The notes beneath the pieces are model-generated. The model saw nothing but the letters and a program-made list of their open reading frames with translations, did not search any database and was not told the origin of the DNA. From assembly GCA_964628555.1 (NCBI GenBank), contig CAZVMD010000008.1, positions 1-61,856 of the forward strand: a stretch of 61,856 bases of DNA, written 5' to 3'. The stretch's first letter is position 1. Each line of letters starts with the position of its first letter. Below, piece after piece: positions 50,544-58,633 of the stretch. The position numbers and the translations under genes were made by a program. This DNA is from an uncultured Myxococcales bacterium. GTDB taxonomy: Bacteria > Myxococcota_A > Polyangia > Palsa-1104 > JAEUJZ01.

Positions 50544-52718
50544 ATGAAGCGTCAGATCGGTCTGGTGTTGTTGTGGCTTGGGGCGGCCGCCGTACACTGC
50601 TCCAGCAGCGGGTCGAGTGTCGCTGATCTGGGCCCCGACCCCGACCCTGCGGCAGACCTGGCGCCGCCGCCAGATGCCGCGCTGGCTCCAGATCTGTTGC
50701 CGCCTCCACCGACCACACTCACGCTTGTCGCCGGCGGCCATGGCGGAAACGGCACGGCCGACGACAGCGGATCGCTGGCCCGCTTCGATACTCCGTACAG
50801 CGCGGTAGCCGATGGCGCAGGCAACGTCTACGTCGCTGATGCCTTCAACCATACGGTCCGCAAGATCGTCCTCGCCAGCGGAGTCGTGACCACTGTGGCG
50901 GGCCTGCCTGGCAGCCGGGGCGCGGTCGATGGTGTGGGCAGCGCCGCCCGCTTCTACAACCCGCAGGGGCTGGCGCTCGACGGCAACGGCAACCTGCTGG
51001 TCGCCGACACCAACAACCGGGCGATTCGCAAGATCGCGCTTTTGACTGCGGCCGTCACCACCTTCGCTGGCGCACTGGGCGTCCAAGGCAGCAGCGATGG
51101 CACGGGCGGAGCCGCGCGCTTCAACGGTCCGCAGGGAATGGCCATGGATGCCGCCGGCAACCTGTATGTCTGCGACATCTACAGCCACACGATTCGCAAG
51201 CTTGTCGTCGCCACCGCCGCGGTCTCGACGCTGGCGGGGACGGCCAGCTTCTTTGGCAGCAGCGATGGCACGGGTGCGGCCGCACGCTTCAACACCCCGA
51301 CCGGCCTGGCCTTTGATGGGACGGCGAGCCTGCTTGTCGCCGATAACGGCAATCACACCGTGCGCAAGATCGCGCTCGCCAGCGGCGCAGTGACCACCTT
51401 GGCTGGCCTGGCCGGAGTAAGCGGCAGCGTCGATGGCACCGGCAGCGCGGCGCGGTTCTCTGCCCCCTTTGGGCTCGCCGCCGACGGGGCTGGCAATGTC
51501 GTGGTCAGCGACAGCGGCAACTCCACGCTGCGCAGCGTCGTCATCAGCAGCGGCGTGGTCACGACGCTGGCCGGGTCTGCGGGGCTCAGCGGAGCGGCTG
51601 ATGGCACCGCCAGCAGTGCACGCTTTCTCAGTCCCTTCGGAGTCTCGGCTGCGGCGGCCGGCACGCTGCTGGTGACTGACAGCGGCAACCACACAGTTCG
51701 TCAGATCGTCGCGGCCACCGCGGCTGTGACGACCATCGCGGGGGCCGCCCGCCAGTCCGGCAGCGCCGATGGCAGTGGCCCGGCGGCTCGCTTCCTCAAT
51801 GCGCACGGGCTGGCCGCCGATGGGGTCGGCAACCTGTGGATCGCCGACACCGACAACTCCACCGTGCGTCAAGTTGTGGCGGCGACGGGGGCCGTGACGA
51901 CGCTGGCCGGCACCGCTCGTGCGACCGGGGGCGGCGATGGCAGCGGCGGCGCGGCTCGCTTCAACTATCCGGCTGGCATTGCCGCGGACTCGGCCGGGAA
52001 CCTGTTTGTCGCTGATACCTTCAACCACACGATTCGCAAGATCGTGGTCGCCACGGGCGCCGTCACCACCTTGGCTGGCACGGCCGCGATGGGCGGTAGC
52101 GGCGATGGCTTAGGCGCCAGCGCTCGCTTCGTGCTGCCCTATGGCCTGGCCGTCGATGGGGCAGGCAGCGTCTTTGTCGCCGACACCGGCAATCACACCA
52201 TTCGCAAGATCGTGGTCAGCACCGGCCGGGTCAGCACGCTAGCCGGCCTGGCGGGGGCGGCGGGCAGCAGCGATGGCAGCGGGGCCGCTGCGCTGTTCAA
52301 CAATCCCTACGGCGTCGCTGCCGACGCTGCCGGCAACGTCTACGTCGCCGATACCATCAACCACATCATTCGCAAGATCGTCGTCAGCAGCGCCACCGTC
52401 ACCACGCTGGCCGGGGCCGCTGGCATCGCCGGCTTTGCCGATGGCGTGGGCAGTGCTGCGCGCTTCAACGGCCCTAGCAAGCTAGCCGCCGATGGCCAGG
52501 GGAGCCTCTATGTGGCCGACTGGAGCAACGCCGCGATTCGCAAGATCGACCTCGCCAGTGGGGCCGTGACCACCGTGGTTGGCGTCGGCCAACAGGTCGG
52601 TGTGAAGCCTGGGCCGCTGCCCGGCCGCTTGAACCAGCCGGCTGGCGTCGCTCTCTCGCCGGCGGGCAAGCTCTTCATCCTCGACCGCGGTGAAAACTGC
52701 GTCCTCTCCGTGATGTAA
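50544..52718 (+). CDS. Secreted NHL-repeat protein (about 12 blades)
   Basis: Signal peptide, then a PDLAPPP linker. About twelve ~56-aa repeats follow, of the type G.sDG.G.AARFN.P.G.A.D..GN.yVAD..NHtIRKI....g.VtTlAG. Confidence 0.85.
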   Translation: MKRQIGLVLLWLGAAAVHCSSSGSSVADLGPDPDPAADLAPPPDAALAPDLLPPPPTTLTLVAGGHGGNGTADDSGSLARFDTPYSAVADGAGNVYVADAFNHTVRKIVLASGVVTTVAGLPGSRGAVDGVGSAARFYNPQGLALDGNGNLLVADTNNRAIRKIALLTAAVTTFAGALGVQGSSDGTGGAARFNGPQGMAMDAAGNLYVCDIYSHTIRKLVVATAAVSTLAGTASFFGSSDGTGAAARFNTPTGLAFDGTASLLVADNGNHTVRKIALASGAVTTLAGLAGVSGSVDGTGSAARFSAPFGLAADGAGNVVVSDSGNSTLRSVVISSGVVTTLAGSAGLSGAADGTASSARFLSPFGVSAAAAGTLLVTDSGNHTVRQIVAATAAVTTIAGAARQSGSADGSGPAARFLNAHGLAADGVGNLWIADTDNSTVRQVVAATGAVTTLAGTARATGGGDGSGGAARFNYPAGIAADSAGNLFVADTFNHTIRKIVVATGAVTTLAGTAAMGGSGDGLGASARFVLPYGLAVDGAGSVFVADTGNHTIRKIVVSTGRVSTLAGLAGAAGSSDGSGAAALFNNPYGVAADAAGNVYVADTINHIIRKIVVSSATVTTLAGAAGIAGFADGVGSAARFNGPSKLAADGQGSLYVADWSNAAIRKIDLASGAVTTVVGVGQQVGVKPGPLPGRLNQPAGVALSPAGKLFILDRGENCVLSVM
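50721..52715 (+). repeat. Coding tandem array of ~168-nt NHL repeat units
   Basis: The ARF/ALF...VAD..NH.(I/V)RK signature recurs 11 times, plus one degenerate terminal unit. Confidence 0.8.
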
Positions 52719-52865
52719 GACCGGCGGGCGCTACCTGCCGCCCACAGCCTGGCCTCCCTCGCGAGTCACGGCAAGCTACTCTGCGCTGGGGGCAGCCGGC
52801 CGGGGGCCAGTAGGGCCTTGGCTGGGTTGGCTCCGCGCGCTGTCCCCGCCCCGCCCGGCCAGCGC

Positions 52866-53480
52866 TCAGTCTGCTGCGACGCTGCGGGGAGCTCGCAGGG
52901 GCAGCAGCCGGTCCACGCCGATGCGCAGAAAACGATCCAGCGATTCGCCGCTGCGTGTCACCTTCATCGTCAGCAGCGCGCCCTCCCAGCCATCGATCAA
53001 GAAGGCGGCAAGTTCGTTCAGATCGGCGTCACGCGCTAGCTGTCCCTGCCCCTGCGCCTCGCGCAGGCAGTCGACCAGGCGGTGCCGCCAGCGGGCAAAG
53101 ATCGTCGCCAGCGCCGCACGGGCCTTGCTCCCTCGATCGGGAAGCTCTTGGCTGAGCAGGCCGAGCAGGCAGCCACCGCTCCACTTGCGATCGCGAAAGT
53201 GATCGCGCAGCGCCGCGAAATAGGCGCGAATCCGCGCAAGCGGCGGCTGGCTCTCGTCAGTCAGGATGCGATCGAGCAGCGGCAGGTGCTGCTCGTAATA
53301 GAACTGGGCGGTGGCGATGGCGAAGTCGAGCTTGTCCGCGAAGTGGTGATAAAACGACCCGCGCGGCACGCCGGCCCGGGCCAGGATGGCGTTGGTGCCG
53401 ACGAAGTCGTAGCCCCCGGCCAGGAATAGCTCGACGCCGGCCCGCAGGAGCGCCTCACGTGTGTCGCGGCGAGCGGTCAT
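52866..53480 (-). CDS. TetR/AcrR-family transcriptional regulator
   Basis: N-terminal HTH region REALLRAGVELFLAGGYDFVGTNAILARAGVPRGSFYHHFADKLDF. Confidence 0.9.
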   Translation of the reverse strand: MTARRDTREALLRAGVELFLAGGYDFVGTNAILARAGVPRGSFYHHFADKLDFAIATAQFYYEQHLPLLDRILTDESQPPLARIRAYFAALRDHFRDRKWSGGCLLGLLSQELPDRGSKARAALATIFARWRHRLVDCLREAQGQGQLARDADLNELAAFLIDGWEGALLTMKVTRSGESLDRFLRIGVDRLLPLRAPRSVAAD

Positions 53481-53548
53481 GGTGCGCAGCCTAGTGCGTC
53501 CGGTCGAAGTTGCAAAGGCGAAGCCAGCCAGCGCCTATGCCTCACCGA

Positions 53549-54454
53549 TTAGACTGATCGGTCGGCAGGCGGCAATGTAGCGAGCAGATGAGCCACCAGA
53601 AGATCGCAGGCCTGGGCGACCAAGGCAGGATCGTCATAGAAATCGACCTGGCCCTGCGAGGGCAGCCAGTGCAGCTGCTTGGGGCCGGTCAGCGCCGCAA
53701 AGAAGCGCCGCGCCCAGGCCGGTGACAGCGCTGTCTCAGAGTGAATCATCACCATCGGCACCTGCAGGCGTCCCGCCGCTGGCTGAACATCGAAGGTGAG
53801 GAAGTGCTCGCGCGACATCACGGCAAAGGCGTTCTTATAGTTCGGGTGGGCGGCGCGCCGGGCGTAGTAGTCAAAGGTCTCGGCCAAGGTCATCGCCGCA
53901 TCCCCCTGCAGCGCCGCGGCCGGAATGGTCAGGACCTCGCCGGTCTGTTCGTAGTGCCGGCGAGCGGCGACACCTTGGTCTACTTTGGCCTGGAAGGCGA
54001 CCGGATCCTTGCCGCGGAGCTCAGCCACATCGCGGTAGTAGCCAACCACACCGCCCACCGACTTGATGCGCGGATGATCGACCGCCGCCCAGGCGATGTA
54101 GCCGGTCCCCAGGCAGACACCGACGGCACCAATGCGGTCTTCCGCCACATCTGGGTGCTGCGCCAGGGCCTCGGCGGCGGCCCGCAGGTCGGCGATCTTG
54201 TGCGCATAGTGCTCGTACTGGCGCGGCTGCCCACCGCTCTCGCCATAGTGGCGCGGATCGATGGCCAGGGCCGCGATGCCCCGCTCGGCCAGCGCCTGGG
54301 CATAGACCCCGGTGACCTGTTCCTTGACGCTGGTCATCGGCCCACCGACGATCACCGCGGGATGCGGGCCGCGCCCAGCTGGCAGAAAGAGGTTGCCCAC
54401 CACGGGGTCGCCATCGACTACAAACGGCATGCGCTGTGGCATCATGGCCGCCAT
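53549..54454 (-). CDS. Alpha/beta hydrolase, dienelactone-hydrolase-like (Cys nucleophile candidate)
   Basis: Nucleophile elbow IGAVGVCLGTGY (G-x-C-x-G). ~300 aa. Upstream of, and co-directional with, the TetR gene. Confidence 0.7.
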   Translation of the reverse strand: MAAMMPQRMPFVVDGDPVVGNLFLPAGRGPHPAVIVGGPMTSVKEQVTGVYAQALAERGIAALAIDPRHYGESGGQPRQYEHYAHKIADLRAAAEALAQHPDVAEDRIGAVGVCLGTGYIAWAAVDHPRIKSVGGVVGYYRDVAELRGKDPVAFQAKVDQGVAARRHYEQTGEVLTIPAAALQGDAAMTLAETFDYYARRAAHPNYKNAFAVMSREHFLTFDVQPAAGRLQVPMVMIHSETALSPAWARRFFAALTGPKQLHWLPSQGQVDFYDDPALVAQACDLLVAHLLATLPPADRSV

Positions 54455-54486
54455 CCTAGCAAAGCTAGACAGATCAGTCTAGTAGG

Positions 54487-55509
54487 CTAGGGCAGGACCC
54501 GGCTGAGGAAGCGCGATACGACGCGATGGAACTTGTCCTGCTCTTCGGCCCAGGGGTTGTGCCCGCTGTCGTCGAACAGCACAAGCTCCTTGTCGGCAGG
54601 GGCGGCGCCTAGTGCTTGATAGGCAGGCTCGGCATTTATCACCGGGGTGATCATGTCGTGCGTCCCCCACAGCAAGAGGGCAGGGATCGTGATCTCGCGC
54701 AGCCGCGGCGTCAGATCGCGACCGTAGAAGTTCTGCACCGGCAGCGGCGAGTGCTGCGTCACCGCGAACAGATCGTACTGGCTGCGGAACAGGCTCTCGG
54801 CAATCTCGTCGCCGGTCAGCACCCTCTCGGGCTTTACGTCATAGCCGCCGGCGGCACGCACGAATTCGCTATGCCAAAGGTGGATCCGCTTGCCCTGGTG
54901 CAGCTCAAGCTGGTTGTTCGCATTGGTCAGGGGATCGCACTGCCAGACATCGCGATAGAACTCCAAGGCGCCGGGGATGCCTTTTTGCAGCACGTAGTCG
55001 CGGCCATAGTTCCACGACCGGCACGAGGCATCGTGCGCGCCATCCATCTCGATCCAGCCAGTGAACAGCTGCTGTAGGTCTGGCTCCAGCAGGATGGCCG
55101 AGCCCAAAAAGCCTCCCCAGCTATGCCCCATGAGGGCAAAGCGCGCGCTGGGATAGCGGGCCCGCAGCACGGTCATGATCACGCGCGCGTCCTCGACGAA
55201 CTGCTCGCTAGTCAAGTGCTCGCGATGACTGCCCAGGGCCGCGCCCGAGCCCCGCTGCTCGTAGTAGGCGATGCCGACCTGCTCGGCGATGCGGCGATAG
55301 CTGTCTTTCTGAAAGTAGATGCCGTTGGTGGTGCCGGGGCCACCGTGGACATGGACCAGGATGCGGTCCGAGCGCCAGTTGCCGGTGACCCAGACCGGCA
55401 TGGCCGCGCCCTTGTGGACGACGAAGAAGTGCTCATCCCCGGGCTGAAAATCGACGGCGCAGCCAGCCAACCAGAGCAAAAGGACAAGGGGCAGGATCGC
55501 ACGAGTCAT
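54487..55509 (-). CDS. Alpha/beta hydrolase lipoprotein (prolyl aminopeptidase-like)
   Basis: Lipobox LLLWLAGC. HVHGGPG oxyanion-like motif, nucleophile FALMGHSWGGFLG, and C-terminal DDSGHNPW. Confidence 0.8.
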   Translation of the reverse strand: MTRAILPLVLLLWLAGCAVDFQPGDEHFFVVHKGAAMPVWVTGNWRSDRILVHVHGGPGTTNGIYFQKDSYRRIAEQVGIAYYEQRGSGAALGSHREHLTSEQFVEDARVIMTVLRARYPSARFALMGHSWGGFLGSAILLEPDLQQLFTGWIEMDGAHDASCRSWNYGRDYVLQKGIPGALEFYRDVWQCDPLTNANNQLELHQGKRIHLWHSEFVRAAGGYDVKPERVLTGDEIAESLFRSQYDLFAVTQHSPLPVQNFYGRDLTPRLREITIPALLLWGTHDMITPVINAEPAYQALGAAPADKELVLFDDSGHNPWAEEQDKFHRVVSRFLSRVLP

Positions 55510-56156
55510 CGTCGGATCTCCACGCCAAGGTTGAGGACGAAGCGCATCAGGAGCTGATCGAAGACGGGGGTGTGCCAGACTGCACCGAGGCGCGCGAACG
55601 GCGTCAATCCAGCCCGCGGGAAGAGCCAGCCGATGCCGGCCGTCGCGCCGAACAGCAGGTTGGCGATCCCGGCCCGACTTGCCTCGACGACCTGGCCCGC
55701 CTCGACGGCATAGGCTGGGCTGGACAGCAGGCTCTGCAGATAGCCAAGGTGAAAGTTGACCTCGCCCTGCAGACCGCTGCGATGGCGTCCGCGCCAGCCG
55801 ACGCGGGGCAGCACGAAGACGCCGAAGTCATGCCGCAGCCAGGCATAGCCGCCCGCGTCCACTCCCAGCACGAGCGCATGCCGGCGAGTCGGCGACTGCA
55901 GCGCGCGAAAGCTGTAGCCAACCTGCAGGCCAGGGTGGACGAAGTTGTGCCCCAGATAGGCCACTTCAAGCGAGTGGCGTCCTGGCCGCCCCTCTGGCAC
56001 AGCGGGCGGGAGCGAGCCGGTCGCAGTCGGGCCAGGGTGCGGCTCCGAGGCCAACGGCGCTGGCTCAGCGCGTGACGGGGGCGGTGCCGGCTGCGCAAGC
56101 GCCAGGCCGGGCAACCACAGCAGGCAGAGCACCACAGAGTGCAGGCCGCGATGCAT
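55506..56156 (-). CDS. Exported hypothetical protein, small beta-barrel-like
   Basis: Start at MHRGLHSVVLCLLWLPGLALAQP, then a Pro-rich linker. Alternating-hydrophobic strands, ending in LNLGVEIRR. ATGA overlap with the downstream hydrolase gene. Confidence 0.5.
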   Translation of the reverse strand: MHRGLHSVVLCLLWLPGLALAQPAPPPSRAEPAPLASEPHPGPTATGSLPPAVPEGRPGRHSLEVAYLGHNFVHPGLQVGYSFRALQSPTRRHALVLGVDAGGYAWLRHDFGVFVLPRVGWRGRHRSGLQGEVNFHLGYLQSLLSSPAYAVEAGQVVEASRAGIANLLFGATAGIGWLFPRAGLTPFARLGAVWHTPVFDQLLMRFVLNLGVEIRR

Positions 56157-56333
56157 GGCGGGTCTCCTTGGTTCGCTAGGGACAGAGACCAGGCTAGGCA
56201 CGGCTGCCCGGTGGCAGGGCCGGTGCGCGATGAGCGGTAGCTCCGGCGCGACAAGCGGTAGCTCTTTCGCGCTGCGCGGTAGCTAGCCTGGCCTGGGCTG
56301 GCTGCCGCGCGACCGGACGGACGGTGGCTTGAT

Positions 56334-57152
56334 ATGCTGGGCCGGATGTTGCAGGCCCTGGTGGTCGATGATGAGGCGCCAGCCCGACGGCGGCTGCGGC
56401 GGCTGCTGGAGCAGCTGGCCGACGATCCGACGCTGCCACGGCTGGTCGTGGTCGGCGAGGCTGGGGACGGCGATGAAGCACTGGCCCAGATCGGCAAGCT
56501 GGCCCCCACGCTGCTGTTTCTCGATATTCACATGCCAGGTCTCGACGGGCTGGCGCTAGCGCAGCGCTACCATGGGCTGCCGCCGATCGTGTTTACGACG
56601 GCCTTTGACCAGCACGCGGTCGCGGCGTTTGCCGTTCATGCCGTCGACTATCTGCTAAAGCCGATCTCGGCTGAGCGACTGGCGCAGGCGCTGCGGCGGG
56701 CCGCCCAGCGGCTGGCGACCGACCCGGCGGCGGTCGTCGATGCCGCGGTGGCGCAGGCACCGACGCAGGCCGTCCTCAGCGCGCTGACGGCGCGCAGCGA
56801 GCCTGGCACTGCACCGCGCATCATCGTCCACGACCGCGGCCGCCTGCAGCTGTTTCCGGCCTCGGCGATTGCGCGCTTCTGGGCGATGGATAAGTACACG
56901 GCCTTTCTGGCCGCTGGGCGCGAGCAGCTGACCGCCGAGTCGCTGAGCGAGCTGGAGCTCCGCCTGCGCGGCGCTGGCTTTGTGCGCGTCCATCGCGGTG
57001 AGCTGGTGAACGTGGCGCGGGTGCGGGCCCTGCGCACCGACGATGGCCTGTGTGGCCTGGAGCTCGACGATGGCCAGTGTGCTCGCGTCAGCCGCCGGCT
57101 GCTGCCGCAGGTGCGGGCTGCCCTGCTGCGGCGAGCGCCCCCCCTGGGCTAG
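56334..57152 (+). CDS. LytR/AlgR-family response regulator (REC + LytTR)
   Basis: REC motifs LVVDDE and LLFLDIHMPGLDG. LytTR region LQLFPASAIARFWAMDKYTAFLAAGRE...FVRVHRGELVN. Confidence 0.9.
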   Translation: MLGRMLQALVVDDEAPARRRLRRLLEQLADDPTLPRLVVVGEAGDGDEALAQIGKLAPTLLFLDIHMPGLDGLALAQRYHGLPPIVFTTAFDQHAVAAFAVHAVDYLLKPISAERLAQALRRAAQRLATDPAAVVDAAVAQAPTQAVLSALTARSEPGTAPRIIVHDRGRLQLFPASAIARFWAMDKYTAFLAAGREQLTAESLSELELRLRGAGFVRVHRGELVNVARVRALRTDDGLCGLELDDGQCARVSRRLLPQVRAALLRRAPPLG

Positions 57153-57158
57153 GCGAGC

Positions 57159-58319
57159 TTAGACGGTCGGACGAGCGTCAAGCGGCAGCCGCAGCACGGC
57201 TAGACAGCCCTGTCTAGTAGGAGCTGGCAGGAGAGCTAGCTCGGCCGCTGTATCGGCATCGGCGTACAAGATGCGTAGGCGCTCGCGCAGCCCGTTCAAG
57301 GCAATGCCATTGCCGCGGTGGGGCGACTGGCCCAGGCCGGGGCCGTCATCCTGGACCGACAGCTGTAGCTGCCCATCGCTCCTCTCAGCTCGCACCAGGA
57401 CCATCCCACCCCGTCGCTGGGAGACGGCGCCATGCAGGACCGCGTTTTCAACCAGCGGCTGCAAACAGAGCGGCGGGACCGCCTGCCCTGCCAGCTCAGC
57501 CGGGCAGTCGATAGCAAAGCGCAGGCGCGGGCCGAAGCGCGCCGCTTGCACGTCGAGGTAGGCCCGCACCACCGCTAGCTCATCGCTCAACGGGACGACA
57601 GGTCGGTCTAGATCGGCCAGGCTAGAGCGCAGCAGATCGGCCAGGCGTTCGACGACCCGCTCGGCTGCGGCAGGGTCTTCTTGGATTAGGCAGGCAATGG
57701 TGTTTAGGCTGTTGAACAGAAAGTGGGGCTGCAGCCTGGCTTGCAGCGTCTGTAGCTGGGCGGCCAGACGAGAGCGTCGCTCCTCTTGCAGGCGGGCTGC
57801 GACAGCATCGCGCTCGCGCCGCAGCCCATGCAGCATGACGGCCGGCAGGATGCAGCCCCAGGCCACGACCAGGCTGGTCCAGAGAAACTCCAGCCGCTGC
57901 GTCGCTGTGATCTGGAACAGGCAGTAGCGAACCTCAGCTGCCGACGGACGACCGTAGTTCACCAGGCAGTACAGCGGCTGCAGCGAGAGCGCGCTGGGCA
58001 CGATCACAGCGCCCACGAACAGCGCGTGTACAAGGAGCAGCGTGCTCATGCTGGCGCGGCGTCCCCAGTGCGGTTGCCATAGCTTCTGGTAGGCCAGGAA
58101 CATCGCGCCGCCCAGGCCCAAGAAGCCGACGTAGAAGCTGGCCAGCATCGCCAGCTGCTGCCGCGGCGGCAGCAGCAGAAAATGGGGCACGACCATCGGC
58201 GCCAGCAACAGCGGCCCGATAGCCCACAGCGCTAGCAGCTTGGGCGGTAGGAAGAAGCGGTCAGAGTCGGGCGGGACAGCCGCGGGGTCTACGCTCTTGC
58301 GCGATGGATCCGTTTCCAT
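57159..58319 (-). CDS. LytS/YehU-type sensor histidine kinase
   Basis: Polytopic N-terminal region. His_kinase motif LQPHFLFNSLNTIACLI. HATPase region PLVENAVLHG...DDGPGL...GNGIALNGLRERL. Confidence 0.85.
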   Translation of the reverse strand: METDPSRKSVDPAAVPPDSDRFFLPPKLLALWAIGPLLLAPMVVPHFLLLPPRQQLAMLASFYVGFLGLGGAMFLAYQKLWQPHWGRRASMSTLLLVHALFVGAVIVPSALSLQPLYCLVNYGRPSAAEVRYCLFQITATQRLEFLWTSLVVAWGCILPAVMLHGLRRERDAVAARLQEERRSRLAAQLQTLQARLQPHFLFNSLNTIACLIQEDPAAAERVVERLADLLRSSLADLDRPVVPLSDELAVVRAYLDVQAARFGPRLRFAIDCPAELAGQAVPPLCLQPLVENAVLHGAVSQRRGGMVLVRAERSDGQLQLSVQDDGPGLGQSPHRGNGIALNGLRERLRILYADADTAAELALLPAPTRQGCLAVLRLPLDARPTV

Positions 58320-58633
58320 GCCCAGTCAGGGTCGAGGCAGCGAGCCCTCGGGGTCAATCAGGAATCGGCGGGCCAGCGGCAGCTGCGCCCTGCCGCAGCG
58401 TGGACTTGGCGTGCCTTGGCCAGCAGCTGCGCGCCCAGGTCGCGGCTGGCCGGAGTACCTAGCGGCGCGATTTCCACCGAGCCCACTGCGCGTTCGCGAG
58501 CTGCGGCAAGGGCCCAGGCAGCCCAGCGCTGCCGCCGAGGCATGGGCAGCGCGCGGGTTATGCGCCCGGGCGAGAGCCTTCGCCGCACAAGCGGCTAGAC
58601 GAGGGAGTCCGGGCTGAAGGAAAATTAGCGCCG

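Noticed and set aside
50238-52028. 596-aa ORF antisense to the NHL-repeat gene
   Set aside because: It lies exactly opposite a gene with clear periodic NHL motifs. Its translation is Arg/Ala/Gly/Asp-rich with no motifs. Long antisense ORFs are expected in GC3-rich repeat-coding DNA.
58320-58633. Small ORFs (125 aa on the plus strand, 76 aa on the minus strand) in the kinase/cyclase spacer
   Set aside because: They have no RBS. Their translations are Arg/Ala/Gly/Pro-rich, they overlap each other, and they carry no recognisable motif. I left the spacer as unexplained rather than calling genes.
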